Origin: Felis catus
Taxonomy: Eukaryota
Assembly (NCBI RefSeq): GCF_018350175.1
Contig: NC_058368.1
Location: 8,928,001 to 8,992,000, forward strand
Length of the DNA stretch: 64,000 bases
Direction: 5' to 3'
The position numbers and the translations under genes were made by a program. The number at the start of each line of letters is the position of its first letter. Within the stretch, counting starts at the first letter, position 1. This document shows, in pieces, positions 12,188 to 25,620 of this stretch. The notes below the pieces were generated by a model. The model was not told the DNA's origin and did no database searches. It saw only the letters and a list, made by a program, of their open reading frames with translations.

Positions 12188-13332
12188 CTGAAAAACCGCA
12201 CAAACAAGAACATTTTGCCTGAGGGTGTTAACTTTGGGCCAGGCAAGTCCTTCCTGGGACAGGAACAGGGATCGGACGAGAAGGTGACTTATAAGAAGAA
12301 TCCAAGTGGCACCAAACCTCCCAAGATTTCTGTGAGCCTCTGGGAATGGGGCTGAGTCAGTAATCTTTCTGGAGGTAGGTATCAAAATAACCAAAGTCCG
12401 TGGGTGGTTCATAAAGCTGTCGAAGTTGGCCTTCCAGGTCAACTCCCCTCTGGAGTTGAGGATGTCACCCAGGGGGCACCAAAGGACTGCAGAGATGGGG
12501 AGCACCACGGCCAACCACCCTGGGGAGCAAGCCCCCCACCCGGGGAAGAAGAGAAGGCCTCTCCTGGCACCCTCCACCCCTCACTAATGTACTTTCCTGG
12601 GACTCCCCTCAGTGGGGCAGGATCTCTTTTCTCCAAGGAGGAGACACTTTGCTCAGTTTCTTGGTAGAATGAAGGGAGTTCTTCAGATGAGAAAATTATT
12701 CAGACTCACTTTGGAATGCTAGCAATGACAACTCTTGATGATTAGGGAACCACGGATCATGTGGTTCATCGTCAGACTCCGTGCATGTAAAACAATGTCT
12801 AAGCTAGACTAATTACAGCTCATAAACGCACATCGAAAAAAAAAGTAAGTGATAACAATACATAGGAACCGTATGACAACACTGTCTCTGAGGCTTATAG
12901 GCCACAGGATCACCTTGGGGTGAACGTGCCATTTGGGGACTTCTGTGGTTAAACTCCTGGCTAGCTAAGAAAAGCCTGGAAAGGCGTCCAGGTGACAGGT
13001 GACCACCACTTATGACTTGAGACTGTTGCCCTGCCACGTACACCTTTTACACTTAAAATATAAAATGCATCTCACAATAGATTGAATTCTGAAGTGAAGG
13101 CAATAGGAGGGAAGTGAGCAATTAATCAGAGCGAATACCTCATCGTGTTCTGCCCTGTTTTCTCTTTGGCGTCCCTCCCTCTCGTGTTTATGAAAATCTC
13201 ACTAGTGCGAACTTGATTTCTGATACGTGTTTCTGCCAGCTGGACCAGAATACTGCTGAGACTGGCCTGTGCAGGATGATTTCAATTACATGGTGCGTAA
13301 AATAAGGCATGTTGTTTTTAAAACCCACCCAA

Positions 13333-13560
13333 GGGGCGCCTGGGTGGCTCGGTCGGTTGAGCGTCCGGCTTCGGCTCAGGTCGTGATCTCACGGTCCGTG
13401 AGTTCGAGCCCCGCGTCGGGCTCTGTGCTGACCGCTCAGAGCCTGGAGCCTGTTTCAGATTCTGTGTCTCCCTCTCTCTCTGCCCCTCCCCTGTTCATGC
13501 TCTGTCTCTCTCTGTCTCAAAAATAAATAAACATTAAAAAAAAATGAATAAAAAAAATAA
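13333..13560 (+). mobile_element. Feline Can-SINE (SINEC_Fc type), full length
   Basis: ggggcgcctgggtggctc head, B-box gagttcgagccc, (CT)n tract, A-tail. TSD taaaacccac/tccaag at 13319 and 13561. Confidence 0.95.
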
Positions 13561-14239
13561 TAAAACCCATCCAAGATTTTCTAACCTCAAAGGGGAATTT
13601 ATCTGCATTTAGTCTAATGCTTACACCGTAAATGCCACATAGAACAAAACTCCCATCCCCAAGGCTGAGACACAGACAAACATCACTAAGGACAAGCTGC
13701 CATCCACTGCGTTCAAGCAATATTTGGAATTTTAAAATTCTGGACCCAAAATTCTGTCAGGAGACTTACCTATTTAAAGGGCGTTTTGACAGCTGTTAGG
13801 TGTGAAACCATCTAAGACTTCTCCAACACCCAAGGCACACAGTGGTGCTCCAGACCGACCTCACCCCCTACATCTTCCGGGCTGAAGAATGCCACTTTCC
13901 TTTCCAAATGCTCATCCACCGAATCAAGGGAATTTGCACTCCTGGGTCACTTGTACAAAAAGCTTGCGGCCCTCACAAAATCCTACTCCACAAACCACTA
14001 CACAAACACCCGAGACTCCCCTTTAATTAAATGACATGTGGCCTTGACAGCTATTAAAGTACCTTGTGTGTACCAGAAGCCATTAAGACAAAAAAGATGT
14101 CTGTATTCGTTATAGAAAGAAAAACAGAAAGTGAGGGAAAAGCAGAAAGAGAAAGGGAAGAAACAGACCTAATGGGAGCCTGTCTTACCCCTCAGGCCCC
14201 TCACTGCAACCTGACGTGTGTGTGACTGTGGAGCTTTAC

Positions 14240-14398
14240 CTGTTAAGATAAGAATTATGATCACAGCGAATATGTCTGGGTTTTCGGCCAGCACTCCGGG
14301 GGCATTCAGAGCCATGTGCATCCGTGAGAACTCCCCGATGGGTTTGCCAATCAGCTCGTCAAACGTCGCACTCCAGGCCCTCGCCACGCTTGAAGTAC
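14240..14398 (-). CDS. SLC7A1: SLC7A1 exon 4, 159 nt (c.371-529): [52 protein letters not shown]
   Basis: Acceptor gtggcag|GTACTT, donor ACAG|gtaaag. Phase 1/1, frame continuous with neighbours. Confidence 0.97.
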
Positions 14399-15614
14399 CT
14401 GCCACGAAACACAGGTACCAGAGGAAACTGAAGAAGAACCATTAACAGTATTTGTCATCGAGCTCAGCTCCGCCTCCGTGCGGGGGGGGGTCACAGATGA
14501 CGCGCTGGAACTTGGCGGTGGCAGCCGGACCCCGGTCTGTGCTAGCTCGGAAAAGAGACTCGATTAGTGTCTGCAGTGAAGTGAGAAGAAAGGGCAGGTT
14601 TCACGGGCCTGGAAAGAAACACGACTTCCCATCACAACCCAATGTGAGCACGTATACTGTGTCCCAAATCTACGACTAACTAACGTTTTACAAAACAGCG
14701 TTATGACCCTTATCGCCTGAGACATGCTCTGATAGTATGTATTCAACTCTACATACTTTATTTTGTTACTGAAAGAAATACTGGTGGCAAACCATAGCAT
14801 CGATTGTGAGATCCACTCACGGGGTGCGGTCGGCAGCCGGGGACACCTGGCTCAGGAAGCTCCTTTTCCAAGACCCTGGGACAACAGAGCTGATGGTCCC
14901 CGTCCACAGGTGAACGCTGTTCTCCCCGCAGGAGGGGGCCGACGAGACCCACCCAGGCTGACCCTCACGCTCAGCGACAAAGTCACCGGCTCACCCCGGA
15001 GCGGGCGTCAACCCGCCTCTGCCACTTGTGTGCCCAGACTGGACTCGCACCGCCTGACTCGGGGGCCACGGGTCCCCAGGTGTCTGACCACAGACAACGC
15101 CAGCTCCACGCCCCCGCCGTGAAGAACACAATCAGATGCGGCCCCACAAATGCCGACGACTGTTGACTGCACTCTCCTCCTATCAACCTGAGTAAAGTCA
15201 CTGCTTTTCCAGGAAATGTCACTAAAATTCCAGTACTCACATAGAGGATTTTCCTTTGTTTCCAAAGGGGGCCTTATTGGTGACTGTGGTCTGGATCATC
15301 CAGAGGATTTGGCCAAAGGGAACTACAGAGATGCGATGTTGTTATTTGCTATCTTGCCGAGTATTTTTCCATCGACTCAAAAATTTAACCATGTTTCTTC
15401 ATCCTCAGCATCTAGCCTATTATGACTTCTGTCCATCAAGGCCACAGCCCCAGTGAAGAAAACTGGTCTCCCCACCACCTCCCCGACAGAGGCCAGCTCT
15501 CTGCTGATCAGACTCTGAAGCCTGCTATGCAGGGTGAGGGGTTGCCCAGCCTTCCTTCCTGGCCTACCCCACTCCCTATCTCTGAAACATGGCTAAAAAA
15601 AAAAAAAAGAGAAA

Positions 15615-15615
<1 letters not shown>

Positions 15616-15656
<41 letters not shown>
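15616..15656. repeat. (AC)20 microsatellite
   Basis: Perfect dinucleotide run seen directly. Confidence 0.97.
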
Positions 15657-15657
<1 letters not shown>

Positions 15658-16549
15658 TTGCTAGGAAAAACTGCCCTTCCCTAAAAGCTAAAGCTGAGAA
15701 TCACCCACAAGGACGCATTCATGAGTCAGTCCCCTACAAGCAAACAGCACTCTGGCAAATAATCTTTCATTTGTCAGTGTGGAAGCCGTGGACAATTCAT
15801 GCCTGTGGTTTTGCGTTAGGACCAGGTAAATCCTCTGGGAGCACAACAGCCCATTTCAGACAGCTATGTTCCCATACAGAGACTTGAGCTTGTACGAGCA
15901 TTTGCGGTTGTAAGTTTTGCTGTTGTACTGAAGAAAAAAAAAAAAAACCCACATTATTAGGAATTTGATTTTTGAACTTAGAAGTGTGAGCTATTGTGGC
16001 TGTCGTTAGGTACCACAGTCACTGAAAAGAAAGGGAAGGTGCTGCTCAGAGAGCCTGGTGGGAGCCCTCTGCCAGCTGGCCTGGGCAAGTGGCAGTGGGG
16101 CCCGAGGCCAGCACCCAGAGGGCAGCACACGGCCCCCTGCAACATTCCCAGTGTGGGGGACGCAGGAGCGAGCCAGGACCCGCTCACCACATCCTCCTGT
16201 GTTTTGATGATATTACAGAAAGCTTGCTGAAATAGAAGTGGAATGTTTAGTGGCTATTTATATTTCTACTTTTAGGAACTGGCCATTCATATCCTTTGGT
16301 TATTCTTATATTCAGGTGTTTGTCTCTTTTAAGTTGATATGTTCAACTCTGGTTGTATTCAAAATACAAACAACATAAAGAGAAACACCTTCTCACCTAC
16401 CAAATTGAGAAGACTTTATATTTTTAGTGTCTTTGTTGGTTTCTTGTTTCTAATGTCAGTGCCCAGAGTCAGCAAGTACGTGAGGAAAGGGGCCCCTGGC
16501 CATCTGGAGGATCACAGATAACACGGGCCTTAAAAATATATAAGCCTAA

Positions 16550-16742
16550 GGGGCGCATGGGTGGCTCAGTTGATTAAGCGCCAGCCTTTGGCTCAGGTCA
16601 CGATCTTAGGATTTGTGAGTTTGAGCCCTACATTGGGCTCTCTGAGCAGAGCCCTCTTCTGATCCTCTGTCCCCCTCTCTCTCTGCGCCTGACCCACTTA
16701 CACTCTCTCTCTCTTTAAATAAATTAACTTAAAGGAAAAAAA
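16550..16742 (+). mobile_element. Can-SINE, diverged
   Basis: ggggcgcatgggtggctcagttgattaagcg head, CT tract, A-rich tail. Confidence 0.88.
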
Positions 16743-16785
16743 GAACGGCTGACATGCTCAACACCAAAAAAACATACACAGGCCT

Positions 16786-16975
16786 GGGGCACCTGGGTGG
16801 CTCAGTCAGTTGAGTCAGCTCAGGTCATGATCTCATGGTTTCTGGGTTCAAGCCCTGTGTCGGGATCTGCCCTGGTAGCACAGAGCTTGCTTGGGATTCT
16901 CTCTCTCCGTCTTTCTCTGTCCCTCCCCTCCTTGTGTTCTCTTTCTCAAAATAAATAAATAAACATTTTTTTAAA
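16786..16975 (+). mobile_element. Can-SINE with internal deletion
   Basis: ggggcacctgggtggctcagtcagttgagtcagctcaggtcatgatctc...aaaataaataaataaacatt. Confidence 0.9.
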
Positions 16976-17304
16976 AATATGCAGCCCACTGACCTAGACA
17001 TTCTGCTTCTTAGGACCATTTTAAAAGAAAAAGAAATCATGTCTATGCCCGAAGACATTAAGTGATTAACTGTTTACAACAATAATAACACAACTGGAAA
17101 CAATCTAAATACCCTACAAAGACATCTAAAAAATTATGCTATATAGAGAAAACTATATAAGGATATACACTCATTTGGAATAATACTGCAGAAAAATCCT
17201 TAATACTGTAAGAAATGCTTACTATACATTGCTTTATCAGTCAAGAGATATACTGGACAAAAAAAATACATTTCTGTGTATAAAAATATTAACAACAGCT
17301 AGAT

Positions 17305-17420
17305 CCCTAAACTCTTATGAACAGAGATTGCCTTATTCCTCCCTTGGGTCCCTAATGTCTAGCATAATGTCTGGCACAGGGGATGGACTCAATGAATATT
17401 TGTTGAAAGAATGAATGAAT
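17305..17420 (+). mobile_element. L2 3' end, flanked by old L1-like sequence (about 17040-17550)
   Basis: tctagcataatgtctggcacagg...ctcaatgaatatttgttgaaagaatgaatgaat is the typical L2 terminus. Confidence 0.7.
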
Positions 17421-17803
17421 AAGAATTAATTTCTCTGGGTTGTTACACTGGGCAATGTCTACCTTCTGCATTGCGCTTTTCTGTATTTCCCAAGTTTTCT
17501 CTATCAGTGGTATGTTTATGCTAGTAATTGCAATCAAAAATACTAAAAGGGACTACGCTCTTTTCAGTAACAACAGCTTCCCGTTGATTCTACATCTCTT
17601 GTGTTAACAGGACTGACCTCCTGGTTGGTCTGGCTTATCGTCACTAACAGTCCGATGCGCCTGATAGTTAAAAACACGGGCACAGACCAGAAAGAGCAGC
17701 GATACCCAAAGGCTGCCCCCTCCTTTCATAAAAGGGAAAGGGAACACGTACAACAACAACAGTCAAGGGAGGATGCTACACTCCTCGAGAGGAGTTAGAC
17801 TCA

Positions 17804-18583
<780 letters not shown>

Positions 18584-19169
18584 TTACACGGTATGAGAAA
18601 CACAAATTAATGGCATTGTTCTTTTCCTCACTAATCACACAATGCACCATGAAAAAGAAGATATTATTCCAAGTGGAATGCTACGGAAGGCAACCCCATC
18701 CAAACCCAGAGGCCTTGCATAGCAATGACGATGCCTTTTCAGACCTTCCTGAGATCCCGAGGGCAAGAACCAAGCTGCTTCCACTTTTAAGTTGACACAG
18801 AGCTAGGTACAGAGCAGAATAAATTGTTGAATTGTTACAAGTTAGGGTTTTTTTGTAACTGCTACCACTCCAAGAAGCCCTTTTCTTCTGGGCCAAAATA
18901 TTAGCCAAATGTGCTACCTGATAAGCTTCTGAGCACAAATCAAGAGAGGGCACGTGTTCACCAATGGCTTATGTCCCCCAACCTATTTCACCCAGAACAA
19001 GCCCAGTGTGGGGCCCCAGGATGAGTGCACATCATGGACAGCATCCCAGGCCAGCATTCCAATCCTTCTCCTATAACGCACAGGCCAATTCTGCCTGGGC
19101 AGCTCATCCCAAGGGGATGAAGAGGGCCAGCAGGCACTTGGCCAGGATATTAGCGCCCACCCTCAAACA

Positions 19170-19765
19170 CATGGAACGTAACCCCCTAGACTTAAGGGGA
19201 TTGCCCACATGACTTCCCTCCATAGAAGGCAGTCTGGAAAGGGCAGAAAAGAGTGGAGAAACCTAACCAACACTACCTTGGTCAGGGGGCCATGGTCAAC
19301 AATGATAAACATTTGATTAGGTGATGTGACGGGAAGGGCACTTGATCTCTCTGATCTTTCTCCCCAAACCCATCACCCCAATCTAATCATGAGAATAATA
19401 TCAGAACGATGACAGATACGTTCTATAAAACACCTGACCAGTGTTCCTCGTAACTGTCAGGTCCTTAAGAACAAGGGAAGGTCAAGAAACTGTCACAGCC
19501 AAGAGGAGCCCTAAGGGAGACATGACAACTAAATGTAATGTGGGATCCTGAAGTAGAAAAAGGGTAAGGGGAAAACTAAGGAAATCTAAATAAAGTACAA
19601 GTATCAATATTGGGTCATTAGTTATAACTGATCATCCACATGAAGGTAAGGTGCTAACAACAGAGGAAACAAACAGAGGTGTGGAGTATATGGGAACTCT
19701 TTTTTCTACACTCACAATTTTTCTATAAATCTAAAACTGTTCTAAACTGAAGAGTTTATTTTTAA
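19170..19765 (+). mobile_element. L1MC-type LINE 3' end relic
   Basis: gaaactgtcacagccaagaggagccctaagggagacatgacaactaaatgtaatgtgggatcctg...gtatatgggaactct...taaatctaaaactgttctaaa. Confidence 0.8.
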
Positions 19766-22700
19766 AAAACACCATGTGCCGAGAGAAGCTATCATCATGA
19801 CGTTTAGCTACTGAGGTACAAAAAAAATATCACTGCTTTTTCATCTTTATTATCAATTGGCGTTTACTGACCCAACCTTGCTACAATTAAGTCACCAGAA
19901 AACAAAATAACCTAAACAGAAAACGGCAGACCTGGCAAAGTCCACACCTAACCACCTAGAAGACCTGACCTGCTCACCCACACCCTGTGACCTCAGCCTC
20001 CGGATGCAGTTTGGTCTGGCACCCTCCCGGCCCCAGCCAGGACCCTCTGTGTCGTCACACAGGAACAGGGGTGGGCCTCTCCATACTTCATCTGACCGAC
20101 CAAGAGTAAAAAAAAAAAAAATGTTGATCTCAGGACTCAGGAAGTTTTCAGGTAGGATGAGGAGTAACAGTCATGTGTTCTGATCCCCTTGTTCTAAAGA
20201 TGAAGAAAAATGACTCAGAGAGCCAAGGGTCAAACAGGGTCATGGCGCTGGGAAGGCACAGTGGCCCAAGTGCTCATCTAGGGCTCCAGCATTCCAGGTG
20301 GGAAGGAAATGACATCACTGTGCAGTGAGGTGGGGAGGATGTGGGGAGGAAATGAGGAAAGACAACATTATTTGTGGAGCCACAGTAGGGCAGGAAGACC
20401 CCAGACACCAGGGTGTGACAGGAGCTGAAAAGGGCAGGGGCTGCGAACAAGGGAAGAGCAGGCACAGAGACCGGTGGCTCACCAGTCTGTTTCAGGCCAC
20501 ATGCTGCTTCCGAGGTGCCTCTGGACAGCAGCGAGCGATACCCGGGCAAGACAGGTTTCCCAGACAGTCAAGATGAGGCCCTCAGTGACCTCAGGTCCTG
20601 GAGAAGGCCCCAGCTCTGCCGAGAGAGCCCAGGGCGTGATTCCTCCCGACCCACCTTTTCTTTTCCTCCTTACAGGATTTAGCTGGATTTACTCAACTCG
20701 GTTTGTAAATCACAACAAAGCTTTTAGGAAACAATTGCTCGGAAAATGAGCTAAAGATGCACCATTTCAACACCACCGCTGGCAGAAAAAGCAGCGCTTG
20801 GGGCTGTGCAGAATGCCTGTAAAATAACTTCTCGCCATCATTTTTGGCAGGGCGGGGAGTCTGTGAAGTAGACAGGAATCTCAAAGGGAAGCGGAGTGTG
20901 AAAGGTCCTGGACTGTTGTGCACTTGCGTGGTTTTCAAGCTGATCGGTAAATGCCACTGACATGTAGAGAGCGCCTCCCTGCTCCCCACCCTCTCCTAGA
21001 TGTAGTCTGGTTAGTAATAAGTAGATTCTCTCCCCCAAACAATAAAAGCCAGTGCGAGGCAAAGACGTACTTAATTAAACAGCATCCTCTTTCCTCGGCC
21101 TCGCAAAGCAACCCGGGGGCCCAGAGGGCTATGACGAGCCTGCCTTCCCCTGAAGGACAGACACATCTGTCTCCGCAATTTACACTCCGTTCTCCGAAGC
21201 TTGTTGTCTGGAGCAGAAGGAAAGGCTGCTGGAGCCCAGACACAAGCCAGGAGCACACCGTGCACCTCCTTAGGACGGAAGGCGAACGAGAGCCCAGGGA
21301 TCACCTCAGGCCGACGTGACCCACCAAGACGTGCGGAGCTGCGCCCGGGGCCCTGTGTGCCAGCACTGGGGGGCTGGGGGGGGGGGGCGCGCCCGCCAGC
21401 CAAACACCCGCTCCAAGAACTCACTTCCTAATGCTGGGAGCTCAGCACCGTCTTCAAAACAAAGGGGGCAGGTTACTGCACACAGAAATTTAGACACAGA
21501 CATTGGTTTTCAAACATAATGTGGAAAGAGAACTCTGTTGAGAGTACAAAACGTGACCAGACAGACGCAGTTCTTTTCTTTTAAACAGGCACGCAGTGGC
21601 TCTTTTCTCTGGGGACAGTCCTCAGCCGTTCCTCGCCCCCAGCAGTCCTGGGGAAAGTGGTCTGTGAACCACTGCATGGGGAGCACAGCGTGGACCCTGA
21701 CAGGACACCAACCTCCCGCTATTTTTACCTTGGTTACTTTGCTTTGCTTTTCTTCTTTTTCAGTCTTTGTTACTGAAGGACAGTTGACACGCAATGTTCT
21801 ATCAGGACCTTGGTTATCACTGGAAGTACTTACTGCTTGGTTATCTGGGGAAAGGGTAGTAAGCTCAGGGAAGACACTGGAATAAAAATGCAGTCAAATG
21901 CTGCTGGGGGGCCCAGAGTTGATAGCCCAGGGAAGGAAGGGTCTCCGGTTAGTTTCTACTTTCCAGGGTCGCTGAAAATGAGATACCCACCATGTCCCGG
22001 GTTTATTTTTAAGAAATATCCTCCCTATCTCCTTAGAAGTAGCATAACATTACATTCTCCAAGTGGCATCATCTGTCAGGATTTTGTACACATTATGCCA
22101 CCACTTACGTTCGTGCTGAGACCCGAAAGCTCGCCATCCAACCAACAGTGAGATTAAATAATACTTATCTGTACAAAACGAATCTAGCCATTCAACTCCC
22201 TGCAATGGGGGTTGTCATGGCCTTCCTGCTGTGGGGGCTTAGACAGAAAGTTGCCACAGTGTTTGGAAAGCATTACCTGAAAATTAGGCTATCCTTTCTT
22301 GCGGGGAGGAATCTGCACAATGGTCAACACCTACGCTTTTATTTGAGGTTTTGACAGAAATCTTGCAACAGCGAGAGTCTCAGATCTGTCTTACCCCCTG
22401 CTCACTTGTTACTAAAGGGCACTTACCTCAGGTGGTATATCCCCTAATAAAAGTAAAGAAAATGTCTCTTTCCCATGGAAATTCTCACTCCAAGTTGTAT
22501 TCTAGTAATCACTGTGTAGCAATAGGAGTAAAATGATCCAGTGGGTCAGGATTGTGGACATAAACACTGTTTTGAAGAGGTCCGATAAAGGTGGGCAGAT
22601 GGGAATGTATGCCTTTTTTCAGTGTCAAACTTAATTAAGGCTTGAGGCAAGGAGGGAAGGGATAAGATATAGGCCTTTATACTAAGTTCGTATACGCCGT

Positions 22701-23298
22701 CCTTTGAAGAAAATCTTAGCACTGAAATCTTTACTAGGTTAATGCTTTCACTGCCCCTTTGCAGTGGTCTTCAGAATGGCCCGGGCCCCAGATGATCTGC
22801 TCCCCCCCCCCCCCCCCCGCCAGGGGGAGCCATCCAGAGTGAAATCCATGTGAAATCTACCACTCCCACACCACCTACACACACTGGGGTCTGCCTCCAT
22901 AGCAGGCTAGAGGCAGCAGGTCCTTGCCAGGTGCTGGCCTTGTGGGGCACCACTAACGGGTGGGCACACAGAGCCCATTAAGTGGCTTCAGCTTCCCTAA
23001 AGCGTGAGCAGCTGGCCCATCACGCGGCAGGGGGTGTGGCTGCCCCAAGGCACCTGGAGGGCCACAGAGGGCCTGCAAGTCCAACATGGAAGGGAACGGA
23101 CTGCTCACAACCATGACCTGCAACCAGGCAGCAGAAGAGGTCCAAGAAAAGAGCGTTCTAGGACGCGGGCTGTGGTGGGAGAAGACGAGACTCCCAGGGA
23201 GGAAAACAACCTGCTTTGGAGGAAGTACTCTTGCTCTCAACGTCGGATCCACATCCCCCAGACGTTAGGAGACCCAGAAACAAGAAGTTAAATTAAAG

Positions 23299-23348
23299 CA
23301 AAACAAAACAAAACAAAACAAAACAAAACAAAACAAAACAAAACAAAA
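23299..23348. repeat. (CAAAA)10 pentanucleotide microsatellite
   Basis: Seen directly. Confidence 0.97.
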
Positions 23349-25529
23349 TCAGAGTGTAAACAGGACCAGCAGACCACTAAGGATGGAGATGTGAAAAAGC
23401 ACGCATGAAGCCATGAAAGGAGGTGCAAATGACAGAACCGAACCGGAAGTATGGGGCCGGGTGGGGGGTCAAGAGCGATGCAGCAAGCAGGCGATGGTCA
23501 GGGTTTGCCCTAGGGGCTGACTCACAACCACGCGTCCTCCTGGGGGAAGTGGGAGTCCATCAGCCTGCGGTGAGAGATGACGTCAGAACCTGGACTCTTC
23601 CAAAGCCCCCAGGCAAACAAGGGACATGCTGGGGATCTAACTAAATTCCGCCAAAGATCACTGATCTCACACTGTTTTGATGCCCTGTGCTCGACCCAGT
23701 CAGGGTTTATGGAAATGCAGAAAGCCATAGTCCTACCCCAGGAAGCAGAGTGTGGGGGGCGGGAAGAAATGAGCACACACGATGGCTCGAGGAGCTGGGC
23801 CCACAGGGTGACGGGACTCCAGAGGAGGTAGGAATGTACCTCAAAGGCCACTTCAGGTTTCCCCTGCTATCCGTTCCTATGGAATCTTTCGTAAGTGAAA
23901 TGGGTTAAAGCAAAGAAACAATAACCATTAATCTTTACGGAAAAATTTTTGAGCATTCCCAGACCCAAAAGAATCACCTCTGTTAGGCTTTTCTGACACC
24001 CTAGCTAGGACACATCTTGCTAACGGATGCACAAAGTAGATCGAGATAAAGCAGAGATGCTCACAGACACAGTTCAGAGCTCTGGTGAGGCTTGATACAG
24101 GGGACAATTCCTGGGGAAAAAGCGTGGCTCTGGGCACTCTGGATCTGAGCAGCCTCTGTAACAGGTCGCTGCAAAACAAATGCTGAATGCTGTTCTGGCT
24201 TTTTGCCTTCTTTCGTATAAGCAAAAATCTTCCGATTACTTACGGTTAACAAAAACCAGGTATGTCCTCGTAACGGCGAAGCATATGCACAATGCAAACC
24301 TTCAAAGAGTGTGGGACACCTGTGCTTTCACGGGAAAAGAGGTGTGGTCTCCTCAAGCAAGGACAGAGGCATAAAGTCCACAGGTCCACCTACGAGTGTG
24401 CTTGCTTCCATCAGAAGCTCAGTCAGAAAGATGCTTTATGCTTTTCTATCACAACCCACAGCTAATGTGGCTTCTCACCGGCACGGGCGGGCACAAGATC
24501 CAAGGTGATCGCCGAACCTCACGGTGCCCAACAGTCCTCCAGACCTTGGTGACTTTAACACCTTGGCCATCTCAGAAAAAGCCCCAGCAGCCCTGCCGCC
24601 CATGGCCTACCTCCTTCTACTGATGCAACAGGGCTAAATGCAGAAAGCTGCCAGAGGCCCCGTCAACAGCAACGTACACAGCCCGACACACGGCCATAAG
24701 CTCTAAGTTTGCGGAGCGGAGCTGCTGGACAGAGGGGTGGCGGGGGGGCAGGAAGGCAGAGGTTCTGCCTCGGGCAACAGGGGGACAGGCCCAGGAGGAG
24801 GAGGCCACGGGACCCCGCTCAGGTGCACGCCGATCCGGGCAGGACAGCTTCCAGGCACAAGGCGGGAGGCAGCCAGGGAACAGCACACTACTCAAGGAGC
24901 TTCCAGTGCAGAAACGGCAAAGAACAAGGCAAACGAGGACGGAGAGACTGACCGTGAGCACAGCACCAGCCTCACAGCCCGCCAGGAAGCACTAAGGAGC
25001 GGGGCACCTGGCTCCACGGTGGCCATAAGTGGTGTCACCACCCCACGAGCTCGCACCTCGCAGAGGACCAAGCAGATAACCCCTGGGGCTGAGAATGGAC
25101 AATGCTGTTAATCAAAGAACTAAAACAAGATCTGTCAAGTACAAATCTGTTGCCGAAATGGTGTGCAGGCAGAGAAGTGTTTTCGATAGCTTTAATGTCC
25201 TGGGAAAACATCAAGCAAACAAGTATATTATTATGTATATTATCCCAGTGAGTATGTTGGGGGGAGAGGTGTATGTGTAAAGTACCAAATTACTGAGATT
25301 ACCTTTCAGATTATGGGTTGTTTTCTTCTTTTCTGTATTTGCCATACTATCTGTAATGAGATGTGTTACTTTTTAAAGCAGAAAATAACAGTAGTAATAA
25401 CGACTAACGTTCGGGGCACTGGCCAAACGAAAGGTCCCTTCCATAAATTCACGTATTTCACCTTCACACCACTTTATCTGGCCAGCAATACTCTGCATTC
25501 CAGAAAAAAGGGAACCCAGCATTACCAGA

Positions 25530-25620
25530 CTCAGGAATTCTCAACCCTGGCTGCACAGGAGGATCACGTGGGGAGGTTTTTTAAATAAACCACGTCGCCT
25601 GGCCTACCACAGATCAAGTC
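25530..25620. mobile_element. MER5-type hAT-Charlie fragment
   Basis: ttctcaaccctggctgcacaggaggatcacgtggggaggttttttaaa resembles the MER5 terminus. Confidence 0.6.

Noticed and set aside
14460..15180. CpG-enriched stretch considered as a CpG-island promoter
   Set aside because: Similar moderate CpG retention occurs throughout this GC-rich gene body (for example 5200-6450 and 8200-8460), and no promoter architecture was seen.
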